64,000 bases of DNA from Gammaproteobacteria bacterium (GTDB lineage Bacteria > Pseudomonadota > Gammaproteobacteria > JBCCGL01), in assembly GCA_965277715.1 (NCBI GenBank), contig OZ255836.1, positions 2,944,001-3,008,000 on the forward strand. The letters run 5' to 3'. Within the stretch, counting starts at the first letter, position 1, and every line of letters begins with the position of its first letter. The translations under genes and the position numbers were made by a program. This document shows positions 31,271-41,562 of this stretch, piece by piece. Below the pieces are notes generated by a model. That model was not told where the DNA came from, did no database searches, and saw only the letters and a list, made by a program, of their open reading frames with translations.

Positions 31271-31356
31271 GTGCCTGTCCTATTTTTCTTCTGTTTTTCC
31301 TATTTCTATATAGTGCCTGTCCTATTTTTCCTAGGTCTGTAAAAAGACTGCGAGCT

Positions 31357-31437
31357 TCATGTGGCGATTTCGTCAGCGCTCCAGAGTAGAAAATGGGGTG
31401 GATCGTCTATATACGACGGGATGGATACCGGTTCCAT
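31357..31437 (-). pseudogene. traL: N-terminal remnant of F-type T4SS protein TraL
   Basis: Manual translation MEPVSIPSYIDDPPHFLLWSADEIA* resembles the SXT/IncC-type TraL N-terminus (IP..D.PPH.LLWSADE). Confidence 0.7.
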
Positions 31438-31464
31438 GTTGGCCTCAGTTAAATTAGATATGCA

Positions 31465-32783
31465 GGTTCTTCCCCGGTTTGTGTGAGGTTATAGTATTTC
31501 ATCCCCCCTTTGCTATTGAGAGACTCCGGTGCTATCGAGCCTTGAAGAACACTACAGCCAGCTCCTGGGCCTGACAGATGACTGGTCAGTGACATCAGTT
31601 GATTTAGACCCTTCAGGGTTAAAAGTATCCATTTCGTTGGCATTTAGCGGCAACCACGGCCCTTGTTCGCACTGTGGCGAAGTGAGTCCGTTCTATGATC
31701 ACCGTTCACAAGAGCGATCCTGGAGACACCTGGATACTATGCAGTTTGAAACGCGCCTACACAGTCGCATTCCCCGAGTAAATTGTCTGGAGCATGGTGT
31801 TAAAAGTATGGTGTTACCCTGGGCAAGCAAGCGCAGTCGTTTTACGTTGTTGTTTGAATTATTTTCCATCAGGGTGTTGCAAGCCTCACGTAGCGTCGAA
31901 GAGGCGCGTAAGTTACTGGGGCTTAGCTGGAACGCAGTGGAAGCCATCAAAGCCCGCGCTGTCGAGCGGGGACTTTCGCGTCGGGAATTGGTGACAATTG
32001 AGTACCTGGGTATTGATGAGAAGTCCCACCGTAAAGGGCATGACTATGTGACGCTCATCAATGATATCGATGGAGGGCGAGTATTGGATGGAGTGAAAGA
32101 TCGCACCCAGGCAACCTGTGAGGAGGCGTTGGAGGTTGCGCTGACGGATAACCAGCGAGAACAGGTGAAAGCTGTCGCGATTGATAGGTGGCCTGCGTTC
32201 ATTAATGCTGTTGAGGTAAAACTGTCAGACAGTGCGATTGTTCACGACCGTTTTCATATTAGCCAACACCTGAATAAGGCGGTGGATCAGGTCCGTCGTG
32301 ATGAACATAGAGACCTTTTGTCACAGGGCGATAGCCGGTTGAAAAAGAGTCGTTATCACTGGTTAAAAAATGAAGAAAATTTGTCTAACAAAGCAGCCGA
32401 GCACTTTGAGTCACTCAAGCATGATCAGTTATTGACAGCCCGAGCCTGGGCGATAAAAGAACTGTTTCGTGATTTTTGGACGTATAAGACAGCGGGTTGG
32501 GCAAAGCGTTTCTTTAGCGCATGGTATGCGTGGGCAATTCGGTGCCGATTGGACAGCATAAAGAAAGTGGCCAAGATGATAAAAACGCACATGCCGAACA
32601 TATTGACATGGTTTAAGCACACAATAAGTAATGCCGTGTCAGAGGGTTTGAATTCAAAAATTCAGACAGTCAAATCGAATGCAAGAGGGTTTCGTTCGTT
32701 TGAAAGCTACCGGCGGAGTATTTTGTTTTACTGCGGAAAGCTGGATAGGGAACCAGTGGCTTCACAATAATCGGGGAAGAACC
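31465..32783 (+). mobile_element. Complete ISL3-family element (transposase ~31529-32770)
   Basis: TIRs GGTTCTTCCCCG / CGGGGAAGAACC; 8-bp TSD GATATGCA; zinc finger CxxC..C..H, GIDE, DRFH, SNAVSEGLN. Confidence 0.93.
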
Positions 32784-32944
32784 GATATGCATAGGATGGG
32801 GGGGTGGGTTTGCTCAGCGGTGGGTTAAGTGCAGATTTTTATCATGTTTTGCGTGTCTGGTGCGGACACCGAATTTCTATACATGATTACCATCTGCACC
32901 ATTAACCCCTTTACCTTTAATAGCATCCGGGTATATTGGCAAGT

Positions 32945-33811
32945 ATGAATGACAACATCGCCCACCTACCGGAATCCAAACAGGACGAGCTAAGACGTAT
33001 TGCCGAAGTAATACGCAAAGAATGCGATAACGTGGAAATGGTTGTTCTATTTGGCTCCTATGCGCGTGGCGACTGGAAGGACGGCCCGCACGAACAGGGT
33101 CGGGGCCGAATGCTTATTCATAAAAAAAGTGACTACGATATTCTTGCTATTACCCGCAACGAGTACATTGCAAAAGATGTGACGCTTTGGCATAAGATCA
33201 AAGATGAATGTGCCAAACTGAACGTCAGCGCCTATGTTCGCATTCTCGCCCGTGATATTGAGTTTATCAATTACAAGCTTCATCAGGGACAGTACTTTTT
33301 TACCGAGATCATACAACAGGGTGTCGCGCTTTATGACAGTGGAAATGTAGAGCTGGATGAAAAGCGACCGCTTGACCCTGCTGAAGAAAAGCGGATCATT
33401 CAGGCGGATTTGGATGAGGTTTTCACCAGCGCAAAAGAATTCCTTATTGATTCAGACAGCGCTTTCGACAGGGGCAGTTATAAAAATTCTGCATTTCATC
33501 TCCATCAAGCATGTGAGCATGCTTATAAAACTATTCTGCTGATTTTCGCGGGAGAAAGTCCGCAAGAGCACCACCTGGATGTTTTAGGCGATATAGCAGC
33601 TGACTATTGCCCGGATTTGATTGGTGTAATACCCCGTGAAACCCCCGAACAAAAAGCGCTGTTTGAATTGTTGGACTATGCGTATATTGGTGCTCGTTAT
33701 GATCGGAGTTATAAAATCACCCAAGAGCAGTTAGCAGCTTTAATCCCCTGCGTGAAAAAACTGCATGAAGTGGTCGAAAAATGTAGTAGTGAGCGTATGG
33801 TGGGTTTTTAA
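32945..33811 (+). CDS. Fused MNT nucleotidyltransferase-HEPN protein
   Basis: LFGSYARG...SDYDIL; AFHLHQACE...H.L...AYIGARY. Confidence 0.85.
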   Translation: MNDNIAHLPESKQDELRRIAEVIRKECDNVEMVVLFGSYARGDWKDGPHEQGRGRMLIHKKSDYDILAITRNEYIAKDVTLWHKIKDECAKLNVSAYVRILARDIEFINYKLHQGQYFFTEIIQQGVALYDSGNVELDEKRPLDPAEEKRIIQADLDEVFTSAKEFLIDSDSAFDRGSYKNSAFHLHQACEHAYKTILLIFAGESPQEHHLDVLGDIAADYCPDLIGVIPRETPEQKALFELLDYAYIGARYDRSYKITQEQLAALIPCVKKLHEVVEKCSSERMVGF

Positions 33812-34691
33812 GGGGGCAAACCAATTATTCAATATTCAACTGACTTTCAATCTGGTAGATCATCTCATAGAACTCTCCGGTGTCTAACTGCTTTCTGATA
33901 TAGGCTATTGCGCTTGATACACCACCAGGATGACTTAGACCGAAAATAGTGAGTAATCGCTTTTAGTGACATACCGCTAAACCGCTGGCAGTAATACATC
34001 GCCAGTTTATGGGGAATGTTCACACTGCTTGCCTTGACTGAACAAAATACTGCCTTCGCTCACCCGGCAACAACTTGCCACAGTGCTTACTATCAAGTGG
34101 CTGGCCAACTTTTCCCGCAACTAAAGCGTTGTATATCCTCATCAACCCCTTGACCTACATAGTCTGCGTAGCGTTGATAGCTGTTTCGCGCCGGTAAACA
34201 GGTATAAACGTGATTGCGGCACAACCAAGCGGGGCTCGATGTCTTTCCTATATAAGCTGGGTAACGAGACCAGGGATAGCTCTCTAGCGATTGAACCAGA
34301 GTGGCAATAGATAGGCGCCTTCATCGACATTCAGGGCCTTAAACCGTCCTCTAAACTAATAGCCATCGGTTTTTTTAAGACGGTTATAACGTTATGTATA
34401 AACACCATCGACGTGCTGCATGATGCGACTGAGGTTAGCATCCGGTGTTTCCAGTGGTAGGTGGTAGTGGTTGCCCATTAGGCGGTATATGTGAATTACT
34501 GCCCGGAAACGGTCTGCGGCTTCGGCCAATGTAGTGAGAAACGCTTGGTAGTAAGCTTCGCCATGAAAAATCGCCTTACGCTCCCGACCACGGTTCATTA
34601 TGTGGTAGAAGGCGTTTTCGTATTCTATGCGCTGAGGCCTTGGCATCGGTTGATATTCACACAATCTATACGAAATAACTAGACTGACCCC
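33812..34691 (-). mobile_element. Decayed second RAYT-like Y1 transposase element with the same end motifs
   Basis: MPRPQRIEYENAFYHIMNRG...MGNHYHL, FRGRFKA, YVGQGVDEDI and DnaA-C-like pieces in shifted frames; TGACCCC at 34685 and GGGGGCAA at 33812. Confidence 0.82.
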
Positions 34692-34704
34692 TTTTGCTCT
34701 GCTT

Positions 34705-34843
34705 TTGCTCAAGGCCTTAGCCCGACATACTTCTTCGGCAGAGGAAGCCTGTATCTCAGGAATATTCATAAACTCCTTCTTGTTTAAAGATTTAATTTGC
34801 ATCAGAAAACTTTCGAGTGTTACCCGTTATAAATTCGAGCATT
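34705..34843 (-). pseudogene. N-terminal remnant of a Ham1/RdgB-type non-canonical purine NTP pyrophosphatase
   Basis: MLEFITGNTRKF... and IPEIQASSAEEVCRAKA match the Ham1 TGNxxK and PEIQ...E....KA motifs; interrupted by a stop and a frameshift. Confidence 0.6.
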
Positions 34844-35714
34844 TTCTTTTCTCCTGAGCAATAAGCGAGCTGCCTATGATTAATGTAATGGCAGCTAAAA
34901 GTAGAATAGAAAAACTCTGAGAGAAGAACAATACCGACAAAACAAAAGAAAACATAAGATTTGCATAGTTAGAAAAACTTAATTCGAAGGGGCTCATTCG
35001 TCCTGCAACAAAAAGCATCAAACAGATGGCAGATATGTTAATAGCAATTCCCGAGAGATAGATTATGCTTTGCCCGTCGCCATACAAACTGGGTAAACCT
35101 CCATTTAATAAGAGAAACAATCCAGCTGATACTAAGTTGGTCACAAGTAGCATCTGAATATAAGAGGTTTTCAGATCTGCACATTTTCTAAGAAAGTACC
35201 CGCTAGCAGCATAAGATAAAGGTACGAAAAGCATCATCGTGTACCACATAGCCTCACCCTTGCCAACACCTTCTTCCAGGCGGGGAATAATAATAAGCCC
35301 TACTCCAATAATACCTAGTGCTAGAGCCAATAGTGAAATATATTTAATGCGTGTGCGGAATAAAACTATGCCAAGCAGCATGGAAAATACTGGTGTCAGA
35401 CTGGTAATAAGAGATGCTTCTGCCGGGGTTATTGAACGCAGGGAAAGATAGAGTATACAATAAGGTACAAATACTAGGCTTAATGCAACACACACCACCC
35501 AAGGAAGCACCTCAATTTTCCATTCGTATAAACAACTTCTATATTTTGGAAACAAACAAATCAAAGATACAGCAATAACGGTACCAGTATTAAGTATCAA
35601 AGGAAATTCATATGGAGTTGCATTGTAAACAAGAGTCAGCTTTCCGAGCACAGACTCTAATGCCCAAAGCAACCCCAAAAATAAAACTAGCATTCCATTT
35701 ATTAATAACTTCAT
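34827..35714 (-). CDS. DMT/EamA-family exporter
   Basis: ~10 TM helices, ASLITSLTPVF, AT-rich coding. Confidence 0.8.
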   Translation of the reverse strand: MKLLINGMLVLFLGLLWALESVLGKLTLVYNATPYEFPLILNTGTVIAVSLICLFPKYRSCLYEWKIEVLPWVVCVALSLVFVPYCILYLSLRSITPAEASLITSLTPVFSMLLGIVLFRTRIKYISLLALALGIIGVGLIIIPRLEEGVGKGEAMWYTMMLFVPLSYAASGYFLRKCADLKTSYIQMLLVTNLVSAGLFLLLNGGLPSLYGDGQSIIYLSGIAINISAICLMLFVAGRMSPFELSFSNYANLMFSFVLSVLFFSQSFSILLLAAITLIIGSSLIAQEKRKCSNL

Positions 35715-36058
35715 AATGTTTTTTCAAAGTAGTCACTAATATTGGAAAAAACCCTAAAAGTATCACGTCCTTCAGTGATAATCATCTCTTCAGTCTCGGC
35801 AACTTTAATGAAATCAAATAATTTATTCCAGTAACAATTAACGTTGATGAAACTAATTGGAAAAGAAACCAAGCCTAATTGTTTCATAGTGATTATTTCG
35901 CAAGCTTCATCTAGTGTGCCAAAACCACCTGGCAAAATAATAAATTCGTCCGACAATTCCATCATCTTTTGTTTCCTCCGCCCCAGTGTCTGCATTTCAA
36001 ATACTTCTTGGCCGCTAATTGAGGTCGGTTCTACTGGTCTTATATCCGGACAAGTCAC
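35711..36058 (-). pseudogene. LOG-family nucleotide phosphoribohydrolase, C-terminal part
   Basis: RKQKM..LSD.FIILPGGFGTLDE; N-terminus missing. Confidence 0.75.
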
Positions 36059-36085
36059 ACCGATATGAAACGGGTTCTTCGTAGA

Positions 36086-36631
36086 TTAGAGAACATATAA
36101 TGTTTGATCGTCTATATCGGCGTGCAAAAGTCCGAAGCGTAAGGTTTGTGAAGCACCATCAATGGCCAGCACAAGCGGCAGTGGCTGCATTAACAAATCG
36201 GGTAGCGTGGGCTTAGCCACGACATTGGCGATTACTTGGTCAAGTGAAGTGCTAAACGTCAAGGTGTGGTAGCCAAGCGCGACACCCTGAGTCAGGGTTA
36301 ATGTAAACTCGGCGCGATTGGCGGTGGTTTCTATTTCACTGGTTAGTAGGTTGTGAGTGTCGTCGCTAGGGATGTCGACGTTGCGCAAGCCGATGTAAGC
36401 CGCAACCAGTATGGCGGAAAAACCAATGCGTACTTCTTGAGGGGAAAGCGCGGTAACCGTCAGTGAGCCAATATCGACTTCTCGCTGGATGCTGATGATA
36501 TTGCCCGCAGCGCCACAGCCGTACTCGATCACCTCGCGGTCATCACCGCATGCAGAATGAAACAGCGGCACGGCGATAAACGCAGCCAACGCGACTAAGC
36601 GTATATACAAGAAAAATCTGACTATTTCCAA
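36086..36631 (-). CDS. Hypothetical, lipoprotein-like beta-rich protein (probably truncated)
   Basis: Hydrophobic N-terminus ending in SAC-G; no recognisable family. Confidence 0.35.
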   Translation of the reverse strand: MEIVRFFLYIRLVALAAFIAVPLFHSACGDDREVIEYGCGAAGNIISIQREVDIGSLTVTALSPQEVRIGFSAILVAAYIGLRNVDIPSDDTHNLLTSEIETTANRAEFTLTLTQGVALGYHTLTFSTSLDQVIANVVAKPTLPDLLMQPLPLVLAIDGASQTLRFGLLHADIDDQTLYVL

Positions 36632-36974
36632 CGTCTGTTCCTACGCAAAAATCTTGATAAAGTTTCCTGGCGGTTTCTAGATCACCATCCAATCTATTTT
36701 TAGAATATCCATAAAAAATATTAATGCAAGTTATTTTTTATATATTTCCTCTCTTTACAGAAAAAAACATATTAAGGTATTGAAATACGTAAAGAAAAAA
36801 TATTTAGTGATCAAATCAACTGGTAACATCTCTAGATAGGTAAAAAATGGCCGCTTTTCTCTGGAAAATATTTCATATTGGGCTAATCAGCAAAGACTGG
36901 TTTAAACTTATAAGTATTTGAAATAAAGTCACTGCTGTCCCGCTAAGAAGAAATAAGGAGACCTGAATATTCGA

Positions 36975-38150
36975 TTATTTTTTTACAATGAATTCACCAT
37001 AAACCATTAAATCAACAAAAGGTTGATTCGGGTAGGCTGGCCGATATTTCAATGTACAAAATAGCGATTCAGAATGCGGGTTGTCGTTACTGACAGATGG
37101 ACGGCTAAACGAGGGAATCACACCTAATTGCTGTAATGTGGCTAACATCGTTGTCCCTTTCATTGGACTGCCATTATCAGAATGCAGCGTGACTTGTTGC
37201 TGTTTGATCTTTTCCCTTAAACAAATATCTACCAGTAGATTGGCTGCCAAGGCGCTTGATTCTTCTTCAAACACTTGTCAACCCACTATCTTCCGGTTGT
37301 AAATATCCATCACTAAATACAGATAGAAAAATAGCTCTTTGATGGCCGTTGGTAGATAAGTGATATCCCAAGAGTAAATTTCATTGGGTCTTGTGCCAAG
37401 CAATGCACGAGGTTTGTTAATCGCCCTAGGCTTTGATTTTTGTCGGTGTGTTAACTATTTTTCATCCTTTAGTATCCTATAAAAACTGTACTCTGACGCC
37501 AAATAACGACTGTTATCGGCAAGACGAGGAACTTATCTTACCAGGCGGTAAATCCGCGTATTCAGGCTCATTAGCGACCTTGAGCAGCTGTTGCCGTTCC
37601 CACTCACTCAACTTATTGCCCGGCTTGTGTGTAGGCTCCAAACGACGATCCTTCGTTTGTTCAGTTCGCGTCCAACGCTGATAGGTTTTTGCACTGATGC
37701 CCACCATACTGCAAGCTTCTGACTGCCTAGCCCCTGCCGCTCTGGCTTGGTCTATTAACACTATAATCTCATCGCGTTCTTCACTCATGGTGAGTCGCCC
37801 TCGTCGTTTCCCCATATCGCGTTGACTTTTTTTTCAACACCAACAGCGCTGCTGTTTCTGCCAGCGCTTTGTCTTCACGATGTAATTCCTTTTTCAGTTC
37901 TTGGTTCTCTACTTTCAACTGCCAGGTTTCTGCTCGCTCTGCAACTTTGTCTTGGTTTGATGAGCTACCTAAAAATTCGTTTTTCCATTGTTCGATATGA
38001 TGCAGGTAAATACCTTTTGCTCGACACGTTTCACTGACTTGTGCTTCGTCCAAGGCACCACAACTTATCACCATATCCAACTTATCTTCTTTACTCCAAT
38101 CTTGTGATCACCTTTCTTTTTTCATAACGGTTTTATCGCATTGAGTCGAT
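36975..38150 (-). mobile_element. Fragmented IS3-family element
   Basis: orfA remnant (KALAETAALLVLKKK) and orfB remnants (SWDITYL, HSDNGSPMKG, SRPSVSNDNP.SESLF), with several frameshifts. Confidence 0.85.
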
Positions 38151-38178
38151 TTCAATATATATGCTCTCGATTCTCTTA

Positions 38179-39326
38179 AAAGGCTGCCAACCCCCCTCGT
38201 CTCAGGGCTTGCCCGTTGTACAGGCGAGTGTGTGGCGAATGAAGCGGCCAGTCACTGGCACTGGCAAGGGCGTTCAGTTAAATTGGTTGACGGCACCACT
38301 GTGACAATGCCCGATACGCCTGAAAATCAGGTAGTTTATCCGCAACAGTCAGGCCAGCAAGTGGGGATCGGTTTTCCTCTTTGTCGCTGGGTAGGAATTA
38401 TTTGTTTAGCCAGTGGTGGTGTTCTCGATGCGGCAATGGGTCCTTTTAAAGGTAAGGGAGCGGATGAGCAAACGTTATTGAGAAAAATACAAAATGCGCT
38501 TAAACCGGGTGATATTGTGGTGGGTGATGCCTATTTTGCGGGTTATTTTTTTCTAGCAAACCTTATAGAGCAAGGAGTAGACGGTGTATTTGAGCCGCAT
38601 GGTGCGCGGCGTAAATCCACAGATTTTCGAGAAGGCAAAAGGCTTGGATCGAAGGATCACCTGATTTGTTATACAAAGCCCAAGAAAAGACCAGAGTGGA
38701 TGAGCGAAGAAGCCTATGAAGCGGCTGCTGATGAAGTGGTTATACGTGAACTGAAAGTGGGTAAAAAACTGTTGGTGACAACGTTGTTATCAGTTAAATC
38801 GGCGTCTAAAGAGGCGCTTAAACAGCTCTACAAAGAACGCTGGCATGTCGAACTTGATTTACGCCATATAAAAACGACAATGAAGATGCACACTTTCCGT
38901 TGTAAGACGCCAGAAATGGTTGAGAAGGAAATGTGGGTACACATATTAGCTTACAACCTTATTCGCTTATTAATGGCGCAATCTGCCTTACTAGTGGACA
39001 TACTGCCTCGACAGATAAGTTTTAAGCATACGTTACAAATTTGGGTAGCATATCGTTATCAGAAAGGCGGTAGCCCTCTGGGTAGTGATAAGGTGTTGGC
39101 GCTATGTGCGTTGATTGCAGAAAACTGTGTGGGTAATCGACCGGGGCGTATTGAACCAAGAGTGGTTAAACGAAGACCCAAACCATATCGTTTATTGATG
39201 CAGCCAAGGGACGTGGCCAGAAGTGTTGTTAAAAAATATGGCCATCCCAAAAAACAGAAATAGGTCATTTACAATGAAAGTACTTCCATATTTTTCATGT
39301 ACTTAGAGCTTAAGGAAGTGCCATTC
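38179..39326 (+). mobile_element. 5'-truncated copy of the IS4-family element
   Basis: Near-identical to ~22766-23913, including the right TIR. Confidence 0.92.
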
Positions 39327-39360
39327 TAACCTGATCCTCTTTTTTCTCTTTTTTAATAAA

Positions 39361-39402
39361 GGTGCGAACTTGCGAGCATCCTAGTGCTTGGCCTTGTTAG
39401 CT
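39361..39402 (-). other. Truncated attC site of the yefM-yoeB cassette
   Basis: Minus strand AGCTAACAAGGCCAAGCACTAGGATGCTCGCAAG...; R'' box present, distal half lost. Confidence 0.6.
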
Positions 39403-39416
39403 GATGAGCTTTAAGA

Positions 39417-39683
39417 TTACTCATAATGTGTCCACAAGCGTAATACTTTAACCGTTTTGTCTTTATCTAAAACCTCATATACCAATCTATGTTGAATATT
39501 GATCCTACGCGAATACACACCAAATAAATTACCAACCAATTTTTCATATGGAGGAGGGGTTTGATATGGATTTGATTTCAGAACAGCAAGCAATTTTTGA
39601 GCTTTAGGCTTTAACCCTGAAGATACGAGTTTTTTAGCATCTTTTTGGGCTTGCTTAGTATATACAACTTGCCATGTCACCAA
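39417..39683 (-). CDS. yoeB: Txe/YoeB-family toxin
   Basis: P.EKLVGNL.G.YSRRINIQHRLVY...W.HYE. Confidence 0.92.
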   Translation of the reverse strand: MVTWQVVYTKQAQKDAKKLVSSGLKPKAQKLLAVLKSNPYQTPPPYEKLVGNLFGVYSRRINIQHRLVYEVLDKDKTVKVLRLWTHYE

Positions 39684-39919
39684 TCTAGTTCCTTGGCACA
39701 GTCATCAGTTTTTTCAGTAAGACCATTTTTTATACTTTCACGCATACCGGGGACAGCTAAAAGATATAAAGTTTCTTGAATTGCATCCCAGTCTTCAGAA
39801 GAAACTAAGACAGCATTATTCCTTTTCCCAGAAATAATTATTGGCTCATGAGTTTCTGAAGTTTGATCTAAAAGCCTGTAGAGGTTTGTACGAGCTTCAC
39901 TAGCTGTAAGAGTTTGCAT
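39677..39919 (-). CDS. yefM: Phd/YefM antitoxin
   Basis: TASEARTNLYRLLD...AVLVS.EDW.AIQETLYLL. Confidence 0.92.
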   Translation of the reverse strand: MQTLTASEARTNLYRLLDQTSETHEPIIISGKRNNAVLVSSEDWDAIQETLYLLAVPGMRESIKNGLTEKTDDCAKELDW

Positions 39920-39946
39920 CTAGTCACCCTTAAAAACAAAAACAAT

Positions 39947-39976
39947 ATAGTACGTTATTTCGTACGACTTTGTAAA
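39947..39976 (-). promoter_or_regulatory. Cassette-internal sigma70 promoter with GTAC operator repeats for yefM-yoeB
   Basis: TTTACA-18 bp-TACTAT overlapping two CGTAC motifs. Confidence 0.6.
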
Positions 39977-39977
39977 C

Positions 39978-40050
39978 GGCTAACGCCCAAAGCAGCGGCG
40001 TGCGTTAGCACGTCCAGCCCGCAGGGCGATGCTGCCTTTGCTTGTTATGA
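39978..40050 (-). other. Integron attC site (73 bp)
   Basis: TCATAAC AAGCAAAGGCAGC...GCTGCTTTGGGC GTTAGCC imperfect palindrome whose R'' overlaps the stop of the 147-aa ORF. Confidence 0.85.
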
Positions 40051-40488
40051 GTTTTGCCACTGCTCCATGCGCTCTCTTGAAATGCTTACTGCTTGCTCGC
40101 TAAAAAGATCTGGGTAGCGAAGGATGACGTTTTCGAATGCATAGTCTTCTAGCCCCATTTCCACGAGAGAAGTGTAACCTTGCGTTTCAGTTGGACGATT
40201 TACAGCTCTTTCTACGGCACCAATAATCCCGTGACGAGTAATCATTTGCCAAGTGCGGACCGCTCGAGTCTTTTTTCCGTTCTTGGTACTCAATACTTCT
40301 TCGTATGCGTATACCGCTTCAAGCGCCTCACGCTCCGCCTGTGTTTCAGCACCATAAGCTTTTGCGCGAAGTTGAACGGCTCTCTCTTTCGCCTCTTGAG
40401 CTAAATCCTCACGGCCTCGCTCGATACAGTTTTTTGCAAAAACCTCGCATTTTTCAGGTGTATCTATTTTTTTAACTCTATCGTCCAT
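40045..40488 (-). CDS. Hypothetical integron cassette protein
   Basis: Intact 147-aa ORF between GTTATGAG (40511-40518) and an attC with the complementary CTCATAAC. Confidence 0.75.
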   Translation of the reverse strand: MDDRVKKIDTPEKCEVFAKNCIERGREDLAQEAKERAVQLRAKAYGAETQAEREALEAVYAYEEVLSTKNGKKTRAVRTWQMITRHGIIGAVERAVNRPTETQGYTSLVEMGLEDYAFENVILRYPDLFSEQAVSISRERMEQWQNS

Positions 40489-40510
40489 TCATAGTCTCAA
40501 TTTTGAGTGA

Positions 40511-40550
40511 CTCATAACAGCATGTTAATGAGGCCTGCGGCCTCATAATT
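40511..40550 (-). other. attI-like site
   Basis: AATTATGAGGCCGCAGGCCTCATTAACATGCT|GTTATGAG: core site preceded by non-attC AT-rich sequence. Confidence 0.55.
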
Positions 40551-40977
40551 ATTATTATCGGGCCATTTATGAAATACTCTAAATACGTGATATATATAGC
40601 ATTAATTGTATTCCTAGCTGTCTTATTTAAAAATAAGAGGCCATGTTTGTAGAGTCAGTATAGCTGTTTCTCAAATAAACAGTCACTATGTAGACCGCTT
40701 TATTTAGAAAGAATTATCCTATGCCTGCACCTTAGTCTCTCTCCTTTCACAGAATTAATAGCGGTAGAATAATAAAGCCCTATTTGTATTGGGTTAAGTA
40801 TTTCATTATTTATTAGCCGTGATATCTGCAAAGTCGGTTGGTTACACCCACACACTTGGATGTTTAAACATTTATTTTTTGAAATTTTCTTCTGCCGTTA
40901 CTTGCAGTGCTTTAATAGACTTGCATATATAACATCAACTATCATTTGTTGCACTTTATTGGGTCGACACACATGCC

Positions 40978-41281
40978 AACTGATTTTCAATCTGGTACAC
41001 CATCTCATAGAACTCTCCGGTGTCTAACTGCTTCTTGATATAGGCTATTGCGTTCGATACACCACCAGGATGACTTAGACCAAAATAGTGAGTAATCGCT
41101 TTTAGTGACATACCGCTAAACCGCTGGCAGTAATACATCGCCAGTTTACGGGGAATGTTCACACTGCTTGCCTTGACTGAACAACATACTGCCTTCGCTC
41201 ACCCGGCAACAACTTGCCACAGTGCTTACTGTCAAGTGGCTGGCCAACTTTTCCCGCAACTGTGGCCACATATCAAGGCCA
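40978..41281 (-). pseudogene. Third RAYT-like C-terminal (DnaA-IV-like HTH) fragment
   Basis: NIPRKLAMYYCQRFSGMSLKAITHYFGLSH; nearly identical to ~33838-34122. Confidence 0.78.
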
Positions 41282-41435
41282 CTATGGGTTTCCGACGGGC
41301 TTGAAGAGAAGCGAACAGTGCTAAAAATGACCTTCACAGGCTCATTAATATGGGATCGAAAAGGCCTGTATCGAACTCCGAAATCATCCTTACCTTTCAA
41401 GGTTTTAGGAGTCCTTTCAGCACCCAAAAAAGAAA
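41282..41435 (+). pseudogene. C-terminal remnant of a large serine recombinase abutting the tRNA
   Basis: LWVSDGLEEKRTVLKMTF...YRTPKSSLPFKVL...EMAEKVGFEP resembles the tail of tRNA-integrating serine recombinases, reading into the tRNA 3' end. Confidence 0.6.
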
Positions 41436-41525
41436 TGGCGGAGAAGGTGGGATTCGAACCCACGGTACCCGCGAGGGTACAACGGATTTCGAATCCGTCC
41501 CATTCGGCCACTCTGGCACCTCTCC
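41436..41525 (-). tRNA. tRNA-Ser(CGA)
   Basis: GGAGAGGTG...ACGGA-TTCGAAA-TCCGT anticodon arm, long variable arm, GGTTCGAATCCC, CCA end; 90 nt. Confidence 0.97.
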
Positions 41526-41562
41526 GGCGGGATGCATTGTAACGGGTGTTAGGCGTGGTCTC

